From assembly GCA_041666945.1 (NCBI GenBank), contig JBAYFY010000005.1, positions 1-63,038 on the forward strand: a stretch of DNA of 63,038 nucleotides, given 5' to 3'. Both the position numbers and the translations under genes were made by a program. Every line of letters begins with the position of its first letter. The stretch's first letter is position 1. Of the stretch, positions 9,527 through 19,311 are shown in pieces. The DNA comes from Candidatus Buchananbacteria bacterium (GTDB lineage Bacteria > Patescibacteriota > Patescibacteriia > 2-01-FULL-39-33). The notes under the pieces were generated by a model. That model searched no databases. It was not told the DNA's origin and worked only from the letters and a program-made list of their open reading frames with translations.

Positions 9527-10558
9527 TTAAACTAACTCCCAATTCGGATTGGCTTTGGTTTTTTTATAATTATCCAAGGGGATCTTCTTCTTGGCCGACA
9601 AGTAATAAGCGGCTACGCCGACCATAGCGGCGTTATCAGTGCACAGTTTTGATTCCGGCGCGATAAATTTAAATCCTGAAGCTTCGGCTTGCGTTTTCAA
9701 TTCTTCTCTTAATCTCTTATTGGCCGCCACGCCGCCGGCCAACATGATTGTTTTGGCTTTATACTTCCTGGCCGCCTTAATTGTTTTAGCCGTTAACACT
9801 TCCACTGCCGCTTCCTGAAATTCATAAGCCATGGCCGATTTGAATCCATTGTCAATATGGCGAATATTCTGCGTGGCGTATAATACTGCGGTTTTCAACC
9901 CGGAAAAACTAAAATTAAAATCATCGGACTTCAACATGGGCCGCGGCAAATTAATTTTGGGATACATTTTTTTACTGCCGACATGCTCTTCGGCTAAACG
10001 AGAAACCGCCGGCCCGCCCGGATAGCCCAAATCTAGTAATTTGGCCACCTTATCAAATGCTTCGCCCGCCGCATCGTCAATTGTCTGGCCAACCTTGGCG
10101 TATTTATGATAACTGTCTAATACCACTATTTCCGTGTGGCCTCCGGATACCACCAAACAGGCCGCGGGGAAAGCCAGGCGCGAGTCCAAAAAATTGGCGG
10201 CGATATGAGCGTACATGTGATTAACCGCCAAAAGCGGCTTGCGCCAAGCCAAAGATAATCCCTTGGCAGTTTCTATTCCCACTAATAAAGAAGTTACCAG
10301 CCCCGGCCCGGAAACCACCGAAAGCAGATCAATGTCCTGCGGTTTGACATTGGCTTCAGTCAGGGCTTCCATTATCACCGGCAAAATATTTTTAATATGA
10401 TGGCGAGCGGCCACCTCCGGCACTACGCCGCCGTATTTTTTATGGATGTTGATTTGAGAAGAGACAATATTAGACAGCAACAGCAATTCGCCGCGATTGT
10501 CTTTGACTACCGCGGCCGATGTTTCATCGCAAGATGTCTCTAATGCTAAAATTTTCAT
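9527..10558 (-). CDS. tsaD: tRNA N6-adenosine threonylcarbamoyltransferase TsaD
   Basis: 343 aa with MKILALETSCDETS.., ..VVPEVAARHH.., ..VSGGHTE.. (Kae1/TsaD signatures). Confidence 0.95.
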   Translation of the reverse strand: MKILALETSCDETSAAVVKDNRGELLLLSNIVSSQINIHKKYGGVVPEVAARHHIKNILPVIMEALTEANVKPQDIDLLSVVSGPGLVTSLLVGIETAKGLSLAWRKPLLAVNHMYAHIAANFLDSRLAFPAACLVVSGGHTEIVVLDSYHKYAKVGQTIDDAAGEAFDKVAKLLDLGYPGGPAVSRLAEEHVGSKKMYPKINLPRPMLKSDDFNFSFSGLKTAVLYATQNIRHIDNGFKSAMAYEFQEAAVEVLTAKTIKAARKYKAKTIMLAGGVAANKRLREELKTQAEASGFKFIAPESKLCTDNAAMVGVAAYYLSAKKKIPLDNYKKTKANPNWELV

Positions 10559-10639
10559 AAACTTACTTTAAATCTACCCTAAAATTAGCATTTTGGCAAT
10601 GTTTAAGGTATAATTTAAAAATAAACAACATCCATTATC

Positions 10640-10681
10640 GTCATCCCTGCCTGCCGTCAGGCAAAGCGCGCGGGAATGACG
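10640..10681. repeat. GC-rich palindromic element (TGCCTGCCGTCAGGCA core)
   Basis: cgtcatccc...gggaatgacg arms flank tgcctg/caggca. It is related to the CCTGCCTGCCGNCAGGCAGG family. Confidence 0.5.
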
Positions 10682-10689
10682 AAAATTTT

Positions 10690-11829
10690 ATGTCAAAAAA
10701 ACACCAAATCATTTTAATAATCGGCATATTCATTATTGCTATTTTAATAGCTATTTTTTATTTTTTACCGCGCTCTGCGGCTAAATCACAGCAAGTTGCC
10801 GGAGAAAATGAGGCAATAGTAATCAAACCGTTGCCCACACCAAAAAAAGTCAAGGGGATTTACATGACTGGTTACGCTTTCAGCAGCGCCGATTTCCGCC
10901 AACGGTTGATCGGTTTGGTGGAGAGTACCGAGCTTAACGCTTTAGTGATTGATTTCAAAGATCCGTCAGGAAAACTAATGTTTCCGCCGCAAGACGATAT
11001 ATTAAAAAGTTGGCCGATTTCTAAGGCGTCGCTGACTTATGATAATTATCAAAAAATTATTACTGATTTGCAAGACAGGAATATTTACACCATTGCCAGA
11101 ATCACCGCTTTTCAGGATCCGACGGCTGCGGCGGCTTTTAAAAGTTTGGCTTTAAAAAACACCAGCGGCGGCGTTTGGCTGGATCGGCGAGGTATTTCCT
11201 GGTTGGATATGACCAATGAGGGCTCTTGGGATTTAGTGGTCAGACAATCCCGGGAAGCCAAAAATATTGGTTTTGATGAGATCCAGTTTGATTATATCCG
11301 TTTCCCCTCCGATGGCAATATTAAAACAATCAGTTACAGCAATTTCCTGCCGGAGAAAAAGCGTTTTGAGATATTGAATGACTTTTTTTTCTATTTAAAA
11401 AATCAACTCAAAGATATCGGTATCCCTCTTTCCATTGATTTATTCGGTCTGACTTACTGGCAAAGAAACGATCCGGATTACGATTTGGGCATCGGCCAAA
11501 GGGTGGCGGATGCCGCTAAGTATTTTGATTACATCTCTCCTATGGTTTATCCGTCGCATTATTATTCCGGCATTATGGGTTTTGACAATCCGGCGGCCCA
11601 TCCTTATGAGATAGTGAATAAAGCCATGCAAGACGGCAATATTATGATTGCCGCCGCTTCTTCCACGGCGCAAAGCCGGCCCTGGTTGCAGGATTTTAAT
11701 ATGGGAGCGACTTATGATGCTAATATGATTAAGGCGCAAATCAGAGCGGCTGATGAAAATTTCGTTTCCGGCTGGCTATTGTGGAATGCGGGCAATAAAT
11801 ACACCTCCGGCGCCTTATCCAAAGAGTAA
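10690..11829 (+). CDS. membrane-anchored putative glycoside-hydrolase-like protein (DUF4015-like)
   Basis: 379 aa with an N-terminal TM helix. VKGIYMTGY...LNALVIDFKD...IQFDYIRFP fits a TIM-barrel GH-like pattern recalled from memory. Confidence 0.5.
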   Translation: MSKKHQIILIIGIFIIAILIAIFYFLPRSAAKSQQVAGENEAIVIKPLPTPKKVKGIYMTGYAFSSADFRQRLIGLVESTELNALVIDFKDPSGKLMFPPQDDILKSWPISKASLTYDNYQKIITDLQDRNIYTIARITAFQDPTAAAAFKSLALKNTSGGVWLDRRGISWLDMTNEGSWDLVVRQSREAKNIGFDEIQFDYIRFPSDGNIKTISYSNFLPEKKRFEILNDFFFYLKNQLKDIGIPLSIDLFGLTYWQRNDPDYDLGIGQRVADAAKYFDYISPMVYPSHYYSGIMGFDNPAAHPYEIVNKAMQDGNIMIAAASSTAQSRPWLQDFNMGATYDANMIKAQIRAADENFVSGWLLWNAGNKYTSGALSKE

Positions 11830-11834
11830 ACACC

Positions 11835-11863
11835 TTGACAAAACAAGAAAAGTAGATTATACT
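11835..11863 (+). promoter_or_regulatory. promoter for tRNA-Glu
   Basis: TTGACA (11835-11840), N17, TATACT (11858-11863). Confidence 0.55.
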
Positions 11864-11895
11864 GGAAGGGTATCTAAAAATTTCAGGCAAATTTT

Positions 11896-11967
11896 GCCGC
11901 CATCGTCTATCGGTTAGGACAGCGGGTTTTCAATCCGTTAAGCGGGGTTCGACTCCCCGTGGCGGTA
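11896..11967 (+). tRNA. tRNA-Glu (UUC)
   Basis: Hand-folded cloverleaf: acceptor gccgcca/tggcggt, anticodon loop TTTTCAA, T-arm cgggg-ttcgact-ccccg. Confidence 0.85.
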
Positions 11968-11970
11968 CTA

Positions 11971-12008
11971 AATAAAAATACAGGATTAAACGTCCTGTAT
12001 TTTTATTT
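11971..12008. terminator. bidirectional intrinsic terminator
   Basis: tacagga/tcctgta stem flanked by aaataaaaa and tttttattt. Confidence 0.65.
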
Positions 12009-12010
12009 AC

Positions 12011-12046
12011 TGTTGCGGGGAGTCGAACAGGACAGAAGTGAGATAT
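12011..12046 (+). repeat. truncated third copy of the 5' part of the tRNA-linked structured element
   Basis: gcggggagtcgaacaggacagaagtgag aligns with 44213-44240 and 39345-39372. 12016-12028 is the perfect reverse complement of the tRNA-Glu T-arm at 11947-11959. Confidence 0.6.
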
Positions 12047-12089
12047 GAGCAAAATTGGAAAATTTTTAGAATAATCAAATGCCTTTCCC

Positions 12090-13967
12090 TTAATTTAATA
12101 TGTCGGCTGAAACTTCCGAGGTCGTAGTCGCGGCAACTCCGACTAAGCACACCGCTTGCCATGGTTTATAGTAAGAAGAAAAAGTAGTGGTTGATGTTTG
12201 GCCATCAGAATAATTGACAATGTAATTAAACGACGAGCTAACCCCTTTATGGGATGTTTCGGTGCATTTCTTTTCTCCCGGCTTTAAATCAACACTTTCA
12301 ACTATCTTGGTCGGAAGCGGGTCTTTCCAACCCCAAACTTTTGGCTTAGTCCTGGTGGCGGTACGGCCGTCTTTAATCCCCCAAAAATCAAAAAATAATT
12401 TATCACCCTCTATTCTGGTCTGGATTAAAATATAATTGCCGGTATCATTCTTAAATCTTAAATCCGGCTTAGGATCATAAATTGTGGCGTCCACTCCCGG
12501 CAAACCGCTCTCTAAATAATAAGTTACGTTATAAGAATGGTTCTGTCTTTCTAAAATAGGCAAACCGGAAGCTAAGGCGGCGCGAAAAACCGTAGTGCCA
12601 ATCTGACATAATCCGCCGCCATACTCCGCCGTAGTTTTATTGCCTTTAATCACTAATTCTGGAAAATAACCATTAACCGCATCCACCGGTAGCAGCGCCT
12701 TAACCAAGGAAAATTCCTCATCCGGCTTAATTAATAAGCCATGCAGTTTGGCGGCGCCGTTTCTGATATTTTTGCGGCGGTTGGTCGGGCTGCCGGTAAA
12801 TGACGATTGCCCCGTACCGATAATTTCTTTAATACCCAAATTATTGACCTGATCGGTGGTTACTTCCGGGTAAACATCTTTAGTGGTTATAATTATTTGA
12901 TTACCGGTAAAATCATGGTTGATTATTTTTTGATTAAAACTGTCGTAGGCCTTGTCTTTATCGGCCTCCTGGCCGTTCTGATGAGCGGATAATTTATTTA
13001 CTTTTCCATCTCTTATTTCCAGGGAGGCGTTTTTTGCCGGCTTATCCAACTCCGAGCCGATATTTAATTTAAACCAGTCAAAAAATTTCTCCTGATTTAT
13101 TCCGACGATTATTTGCTTATTGTTTTTTTGGAACTCTAACAACTGACTCAAGCTTTTTTTACTCAAAACCCATTTTTTATCCTGATAAACAAACTCTGTG
13201 CTGGAGGCGGCTAAAATATTTTGTATTTCATTTTGTTTGTCGCCCGCATCGGCTTGTCTGATTTCCGGTTGCGAAACAGTGGGGATTATTTTTATCGGTT
13301 TGTTTTCCAGTTGATTAAGATTATTTTTTAACTCTTTAATCACGGCTTGATAATCAATGCTTAACCCCTCTTTGGCCGGCAAAACCGTAATTTGGCAATT
13401 ATTTTTTTCACATTGGATATCAGGTCGGGCATTTATTGCCGGCTGTTCTAAAAATCCAAATTGCTGTTTTAACAGTTTATTTAAAAGTTCTTCGTTTAAT
13501 CTGTAAGCGGCTGATAATTTCTTATGTCCCAGAATTATATCCAATTGCTGGATGACATTAAGAAAAAAATTATCGCCGTGGCCGAATTGAAAATTACCAT
13601 AAACAGTTTGATGGATATCAAAAGATAATAAATCAACTCCGGAAACATCGGGATCGGCTGGAATTTCCAGAGGTGATATTTTATCTTGCTGGTCGCTCTG
13701 ATAAATAAAACTAAAGCCGGCTTGGCTTGTTTTATTGGCTTTGCTTTCTATTTTGTCCAATGCCTTACTGACAGTTAAATTCGATAAATCAGTTGAACCG
13801 ATGTAACTGCGGGGAAAAAATTTAGCGGCGTAAATAAATTCAAATGAAACAAAAAAAATAAATACAGTTAAAAAAATAACGGCTGTAACGGTTATTATTA
13901 ACCAGCGGCCGCTTAATTGTTTATTAATCTTACTGGTCTGTATTTTATTCAATAAAGTTTCAAGCAT
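12090..13967 (-). CDS. VanW/YoaR-family membrane-anchored protein
   Basis: 625 aa with an N-terminal TM helix. The C-terminal ..GGGLCQIGTTVFRAALASGLPILERQNHSY.. is the VanW signature. Confidence 0.8.
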   Translation of the reverse strand: MLETLLNKIQTSKINKQLSGRWLIITVTAVIFLTVFIFFVSFEFIYAAKFFPRSYIGSTDLSNLTVSKALDKIESKANKTSQAGFSFIYQSDQQDKISPLEIPADPDVSGVDLLSFDIHQTVYGNFQFGHGDNFFLNVIQQLDIILGHKKLSAAYRLNEELLNKLLKQQFGFLEQPAINARPDIQCEKNNCQITVLPAKEGLSIDYQAVIKELKNNLNQLENKPIKIIPTVSQPEIRQADAGDKQNEIQNILAASSTEFVYQDKKWVLSKKSLSQLLEFQKNNKQIIVGINQEKFFDWFKLNIGSELDKPAKNASLEIRDGKVNKLSAHQNGQEADKDKAYDSFNQKIINHDFTGNQIIITTKDVYPEVTTDQVNNLGIKEIIGTGQSSFTGSPTNRRKNIRNGAAKLHGLLIKPDEEFSLVKALLPVDAVNGYFPELVIKGNKTTAEYGGGLCQIGTTVFRAALASGLPILERQNHSYNVTYYLESGLPGVDATIYDPKPDLRFKNDTGNYILIQTRIEGDKLFFDFWGIKDGRTATRTKPKVWGWKDPLPTKIVESVDLKPGEKKCTETSHKGVSSSFNYIVNYSDGQTSTTTFSSYYKPWQAVCLVGVAATTTSEVSADILN

Positions 13968-14187
13968 TGTTTGTTTGAAAAATTTTCTTTAATAAATTTT
14001 TAGCTTGGTCTTCCGGAAAATCATTTTTGGCTTCCTGACGGGAAACAATTATTTTTATCCGGTCTCCCTCCCGTACCTCCCAATCAATAAATTTTTTAGA
14101 CCAAAGCAATTCCCGTCCATCGCTGAATTTTATCACTAAAAAATCTTCCCCTATTCTTTCCACCACGCCCTGCTCTGGATTGATCAT
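13960..14187 (-). CDS. small DUF3006-like protein
   Basis: 75 aa, with an 8-nt overlap with the downstream VanW gene. ..VVERIGEDFLVIKF..REGDRIKI.. follows the DUF3006 pattern. Confidence 0.5.
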   Translation of the reverse strand: MINPEQGVVERIGEDFLVIKFSDGRELLWSKKFIDWEVREGDRIKIIVSRQEAKNDFPEDQAKNLLKKIFQTNNA

Positions 14188-14190
14188 AAA

Positions 14191-14652
14191 CTAATCATTT
14201 ATTTGTTTAATTTTTATCCCTGTTGTTTTATATTTTTTGGGAAGTTTTATGGTCAATACGCCATTTTTCAAATTAGCATCTATTTTTTTCTGATCTACCT
14301 CGCGCGGCAAGACAATTGAACGGGAAAAAGCCCCCCAATAACATTCTTGAGAATAATAATCTTCTTTATTAATTTCTTCCTCTTGCCGGCGCGATCCGCG
14401 GATAGTTAATAAATCATTGGAAATGGATATATCCAGATCTTCGGGTTTAACTCCGGCAACAGTCGTTCTGACGACAATATCGTTTTTTGTCTCATAAACA
14501 TCACAGGATAATTGCGCTTCACCGTCAAACCATTGGCTGCTATTTAGAGTGTTATTTGGAGTGTTATTGCCAAAATACCCGATAAAATCGTTATTTTCCT
14601 TGATTTTTACGCTTTTAGGATTATTTTTTGTTTTAATAAAAGAATTAGTCAT
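14191..14652 (-). CDS. Hsp20/alpha-crystallin small heat-shock protein
   Basis: 153 aa with ..DVYETKNDIVVRTTVAGVKPEDLDISI..LTIRG..GAFSRSIVLP..NGVLTIKLPK. Confidence 0.85.
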   Translation of the reverse strand: MTNSFIKTKNNPKSVKIKENNDFIGYFGNNTPNNTLNSSQWFDGEAQLSCDVYETKNDIVVRTTVAGVKPEDLDISISNDLLTIRGSRRQEEEINKEDYYSQECYWGAFSRSIVLPREVDQKKIDANLKNGVLTIKLPKKYKTTGIKIKQIND

Positions 14653-14763
14653 ACATCTATATTATAACAGAATATTAAAAATAAATGAACTATTAATGCT
14701 TGACTTTACCATATTTTAATCTTAAAGAAATTGTTATATAATATATTTAATTAACAATCCTTT

Positions 14764-15186
14764 ATGTTCAAAGAAAACCAGCCATTAATAAATGAGACAG
14801 ACACTATTATCGGTCCATCAGTAAAAGTCGAGGGTGATTTCATTACTGAAGGCAATATTATTGTTGAGGGTATGATTTGCGGCACCATTAAAACGAGTAA
14901 AAATCTTAAAGTCGGTCCGGATTCAAAAATATTTGCCAATATTGGAGCGGAAAACGCTTTAGTTGCCGGGGAGATACAAGGCAATATTAATATAAAAAAC
15001 AAATTGGAATTAACTTCCACTGCCAGAATTTACGGCGATATTAAGACGGGAATATTATCGGTGGCCGGCGGCGCCTTAATTAACGGCAAATGCACAATGA
15101 ACGACAATAAAGACCGTACCCCTAAACCGGAATCAACCAAACAGAAAAAAATGGAATTAAAGCCGCTAATAACCGATAAACAATAA
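14764..15186 (+). CDS. bactofilin-family cytoskeletal protein
   Basis: 140 aa of repetitive beta-helix pattern IGPSVKVEGDFITEGNIIVEGMICGTI.... Confidence 0.8.
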   Translation: MFKENQPLINETDTIIGPSVKVEGDFITEGNIIVEGMICGTIKTSKNLKVGPDSKIFANIGAENALVAGEIQGNINIKNKLELTSTARIYGDIKTGILSVAGGALINGKCTMNDNKDRTPKPESTKQKKMELKPLITDKQ

Positions 15187-15194
15187 ATTACTTT

Positions 15195-15225
15195 ATACCC
15201 GCGGTTGAAACGCGGGTATATTTTA
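15195..15225 (+). terminator. intrinsic terminator
   Basis: atacccgcg/cgcgggtat stem followed by a T-run. Confidence 0.65.
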
Positions 15226-15232
15226 ATCAGTT

Positions 15233-15988
15233 ATGTATTATTACATTTACGATAATTATTTAAATGAGGCCAAATACAGGAATACTTTATCAAAAATAGA
15301 GTCGCGACTGGCTGATTTTGGCATTAATGGCAAAATAACCAGGATTTCTCCCTTAAAAAACCTTAAATTGACTTTGCGCGATGATTTAAACCAAGGCGTT
15401 AAAACCGTGGTGGTAGTGGGCAATGATAAAACCTTAAACCAAATAATCAATCTCTTGCCCAATCTATCGCCGACTCTGGGTTTTATACCGATCGGGCCGA
15501 ATAATAATTTATGTAATATTTTTGGCATTCCGGAAGGTGAGGAAGCATGTAATATTTTATCGCAAAGAATAATAGAAAAAGTAAATCTTGGTGTTATTAA
15601 TGACCATTATTATTTCATTTCCTATCTAGAGATGTCCGGGGATAATATTTATATTAATTGCGATGATGATTATTATATCAGTATTGATAAAAAAGACAGT
15701 GTTATAACCATTAGTAACCTTTATTACGGCGACTATACCAATAAAATACCTTTAATAAATAATAAGAGTTGGCTTAATTTAGTGATAAAAAACGTCAATA
15801 AAAAAATATTTTCTCCTCAAAAGGAATTTTTTAGTTATTTTAAAGCAAAAAAAATAAAAATTGACAGTGACCGATCAATTCCCATACTTTTGATTGATGA
15901 AAAAAGAATTATTAAAAATCCAATAAAAATAAATCTCTCGGCAGAAAAAATAAATTTAATTGTAGGTAAAAATAGGAAATATAATTAA
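15233..15988 (+). CDS. diacylglycerol/lipid kinase catalytic-domain protein (YegS/BmrU-like)
   Basis: 251 aa with ..VVVVGNDKTLNQIIN.. and ..LGFIPIGPNNNL.. (DAGK_cat pattern). Confidence 0.65.
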   Translation: MYYYIYDNYLNEAKYRNTLSKIESRLADFGINGKITRISPLKNLKLTLRDDLNQGVKTVVVVGNDKTLNQIINLLPNLSPTLGFIPIGPNNNLCNIFGIPEGEEACNILSQRIIEKVNLGVINDHYYFISYLEMSGDNIYINCDDDYYISIDKKDSVITISNLYYGDYTNKIPLINNKSWLNLVIKNVNKKIFSPQKEFFSYFKAKKIKIDSDRSIPILLIDEKRIIKNPIKINLSAEKINLIVGKNRKYN

Positions 15989-16020
15989 AAAAACCCTCCC
16001 AATTTAGGGAGGGTTTTTTT
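15989..16020. terminator. bidirectional intrinsic terminator
   Basis: ccctccc/gggaggg stem between convergent genes. Confidence 0.7.
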
Positions 16021-16022
16021 AA

Positions 16023-17165
16023 TTACTGCCTGATCGGCATAATCAAATAAAGATAATTATCATCTTCTCCCCTGATAATGCAAGGATTATTGGGATCAGT
16101 AATGGAGAATTCTATTTTTTCAGAAGTTAAGGCCTGTAAACCGTCTAATAAATATTTATAATTTAAAACAATTTCACCGCCCTGGCCATTTTTTTCCATT
16201 TCTACCACTGATTCATTTTCCCCTGTTTGAGAAGAAGAAGAGGTAATTATCAATTCATTGGGTGATTTATTATAATCCAATTTAATATCAAAAACCCCGT
16301 TTTTTACGAACAAACTGGCGGTTTTTACCACTTTAACCAATTCACTGACATTAACTTTTATTTTATTGGGACATTCCGCAGGTATGATTTGATTGTAATC
16401 GGGATATTGCCCGTCTATTAAACGGGAGATTAATTCTACCCCGTTATAAACAAACATGATTTGATTTTCATTGGTATAAATTTCTATATTCTCCATTATT
16501 TCCAAATTATTATCATCCTTAAAAACACCTAAAATGCGAGAAACTTCCTGCAATGACTTAACGGGAATAATGACTTTCTCATTATTATTGTTTAATTTGG
16601 AACTTTTATTATTCTCAATGTAATCAATTTTTATTTCTGCCAAGCGGTAACTGTCAGTCGCGGCTAAAATCAGCTTATCAGCGGAAAAATCCATTAACAC
16701 TCCGGATAATTCCGGCCTTAATTCGGAGTTAGCCGCTGAAAAAAATACGCTATAAATCGCATCGCGCAGTTTTTTAGCGGAAATAATATAAGGACTATCC
16801 TTTTCAATTTTTGGTATTAAGGGAAAATCCGAGGCATTCTGTCCTTTAATCTTAGTTTTTTGTTTTTGGCATTGGATTTTCAATTCCTCATCAGCCGATT
16901 CCAAATCAATCCTGTCTTTAGGTAATAAAGAAATATAATTATTAAGCAATTTGGCATCCACTGAAAATTCCCCGTCATTTTCCACTTTACTTCTAATATT
17001 AACAGTTACCCCGACTTCCAAATTAGTGGCTGACAATGTCAGATTTTTATTTTCCGCTTTAATTAGGATGTTGGCTAAAATAGGCAAGTTAGAATTTTTT
17101 CCTGCTATATGAGATACTACATTAATCGCCTGATTAAGATTTTCTTGAGTACAAGATAATTTCAT
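16023..17165 (-). CDS. dnaN: DNA polymerase III beta sliding clamp
   Basis: 380 aa, MKLSCTQENL..LPILANILI.. layout, directly downstream of dnaA. Confidence 0.95.
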   Translation of the reverse strand: MKLSCTQENLNQAINVVSHIAGKNSNLPILANILIKAENKNLTLSATNLEVGVTVNIRSKVENDGEFSVDAKLLNNYISLLPKDRIDLESADEELKIQCQKQKTKIKGQNASDFPLIPKIEKDSPYIISAKKLRDAIYSVFFSAANSELRPELSGVLMDFSADKLILAATDSYRLAEIKIDYIENNKSSKLNNNNEKVIIPVKSLQEVSRILGVFKDDNNLEIMENIEIYTNENQIMFVYNGVELISRLIDGQYPDYNQIIPAECPNKIKVNVSELVKVVKTASLFVKNGVFDIKLDYNKSPNELIITSSSSQTGENESVVEMEKNGQGGEIVLNYKYLLDGLQALTSEKIEFSITDPNNPCIIRGEDDNYLYLIMPIRQ

Positions 17166-17407
17166 ATGAGTATTTATATTATATAGTATATAAATTAATA
17201 ATAGTAATAAGGGACTGGTTAAAGTGCAAAACCACCTTAATTTTTTAATTTTCTATGGTTTATCAAGATTTTACTTGTTGATAAGAAAGACCTAAACCAA
17301 TTTTATTATTTTATAAGTTGGGTAAAATTTCCAATTAAATTATTTTTCCACTTTATACTTTAATTAAACCACTCTTTAGGAACTTTTAAATCACTCTTTA
17401 ATTTTTA

Positions 17408-17487
17408 TTATCACCAAGTTATCCTGAAGAGGAAAAAATGAGGATAAAGTTTTTCAACTGTTATAATTATTTATCACCAAGTTATCC
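17408..17487. promoter_or_regulatory. DnaA-box-like direct repeats in the AT-rich dnaA-dnaN spacer
   Basis: TTATCACCAAGTTATCC occurs at 17408-17424 and again at 17471-17487. Confidence 0.5.
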
Positions 17488-17500
17488 CCCGAATAATTAA

Positions 17501-18919
17501 TTAGACAAATAATTTTTGTTTAAGTATATTCACATCCTGCCTGATTTTCTCATTTATTTTAATCAAATTTATGATTTTATCGCAAGCATGAATAACCGTG
17601 GTATGATCGCGCCCCCCCAATTCTTGGCCGATCACGGGGTAAGACAGTTTAAGCTCCTCCCGCATTAGATACATAATAATCTGGCGGGGTTCGGTCAGAT
17701 TTTTTTTACGGCACGGACTGATAATATTATCAATGGTTATATCGTAGTATTCTGACACTAATTTGATTATATTTTTAGGCGTCAGATTGTTTTTTTGGTT
17801 ATTACTGATTGTAGCCGCGGTGATTTGTTTGACTTCTTCCAAAGAAATAGCGCGATTTTGCAGTTGAGTCAAGGCGATTACCCGGTTTAAAACCCCCTCT
17901 AATTCGCGGATATTATTCCTAATCGACCCGGCTAAGTATTCAATAATATTATTTTCCAGAGTCGCATTTTTTTCTTTTAATTTTTCTTGAATAATAGCGA
18001 TTTTTGTTTCTAAGTCAGGAATGGAAATATCAACAATCATCCCCCATTCAAAACGGGAAATTAAACGCTGTTCAATATCAGGGATGGCTTTTGGCGGCCG
18101 ATCTGAAGAAATAATCAGTTGTTTATTGCTTTGATGCAATTCATTAAAAATATTGAAAAAAACTTCCTCTGTCCTTTCTTTATTGGATAAAAATTGAATA
18201 TCATCAATCAAAAGAACATCTAAAGTCCTATATTTATTATTAAATTCTTCCATTGAGCGTTGGCCATTGCCGGAAAGGTTCCTGACTGCCGCCAGATAAT
18301 CATTGGTAAAATTTTCGCAAGTCGTGTAAAAAACCTTCATTTCCGGATTATTTTCCAATATTTTATTGCCAATAGCATGCATTAAATGGGTTTTACCCAA
18401 TCCAACACCGCCATAAATGAATAACGGGTTATAAGCTACACCGGGAGATTTTATTACCGCCAGTGATGCGGCATGGGCTAAATCATTATTTTTTCCTACG
18501 ATAAAAGTGTTTAAGGTATATTTATAATTTAAGCCGTTTTTATTAGTGTTTATTAATTTTTCATTAGCTACTCTATTAGTTGATTCAAACGTTTCTTTGA
18601 CGGCAATTATTTTTTCATTAACAACAGCGCTTTCTATTGGTTTAATGAAAGCGCTTTTATTCTGAATTGATGATTCTATTTTATACTCAATTTCTTTTAA
18701 ATTTGGATTATTGGTAATATTTCTGATGGCCTTTAAAATGGCGCTATGGTATTTTTTGGCTAAATATTCCTTAGTAAAAATATTAGGCACATTAATCACC
18801 ACTTTATTATCGTCATAAGTGACAATATTAGTATGTCTAAACCAAGTGGTAAAATTAGCTTTAGATAAAAGAGTTTCTAATTCTCCCAAAGTGGCCTGCC
18901 AGAGTTCTTGTGGTGTCAT
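17501..18919 (-). CDS. dnaA: chromosomal replication initiator DnaA
   Basis: 472 aa with the Walker A GGVGLGKTHL, the DDIQFL box and a C-terminal DnaA-box-binding helix ..GGRDHTTVIHA... Confidence 0.97.
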   Translation of the reverse strand: MTPQELWQATLGELETLLSKANFTTWFRHTNIVTYDDNKVVINVPNIFTKEYLAKKYHSAILKAIRNITNNPNLKEIEYKIESSIQNKSAFIKPIESAVVNEKIIAVKETFESTNRVANEKLINTNKNGLNYKYTLNTFIVGKNNDLAHAASLAVIKSPGVAYNPLFIYGGVGLGKTHLMHAIGNKILENNPEMKVFYTTCENFTNDYLAAVRNLSGNGQRSMEEFNNKYRTLDVLLIDDIQFLSNKERTEEVFFNIFNELHQSNKQLIISSDRPPKAIPDIEQRLISRFEWGMIVDISIPDLETKIAIIQEKLKEKNATLENNIIEYLAGSIRNNIRELEGVLNRVIALTQLQNRAISLEEVKQITAATISNNQKNNLTPKNIIKLVSEYYDITIDNIISPCRKKNLTEPRQIIMYLMREELKLSYPVIGQELGGRDHTTVIHACDKIINLIKINEKIRQDVNILKQKLFV

Positions 18920-18993
18920 ACTAAAAATATTAATTAAATAATCGCCGATTATTTAAGATGATTTTGATTTAAGTTAATAACATTTTATCATAA

Positions 18994-19059
18994 TTATCCA
19001 CAATTGAAAACCGGTCAAAAAAGTAAAGCGAGTCAAAACTGTTTATAACTTGTGGATAA
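18994..19059. promoter_or_regulatory. oriC core candidate with consensus DnaA boxes
   Basis: TTATCCACA at 18994-19002 and its inverse TGTGGATAA at 19051-19059, in the AT-rich dnaA/rpmH divergent spacer. Confidence 0.7.
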
Positions 19060-19131
19060 TAATTTTTATTGACTTATAACAAAAAAAATGTTACTTTTAT
19101 CTTAGTTATTAGTAATAATTTTTAATATTTT

Positions 19132-19287
19132 ATGGCAACTAAAAGAACTTACCAACCTCATAAAATCAAAAGAGTTAAAAAACACGGTTTTAGAGCTAAA
19201 AGCCGCACCCACACGGGAAAATTGGTTCTAAAGAGAAGAAGAGCTAAGGGAAGAAAAAAATTAGTAATTTCTGCCAGATCAAAATAG
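19132..19287 (+). CDS. rpmH: 50S ribosomal protein L34
   Basis: Hand translation gives [51 protein letters not shown] (51 aa, below the track cut-off). Confidence 0.9.
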   Translation: MATKRTYQPHKIKRVKKHGFRAKSRTHTGKLVLKRRRAKGRKKLVISARSK

Positions 19288-19311
19288 TCATAATTTGGCT
19301 AAATTTACATT

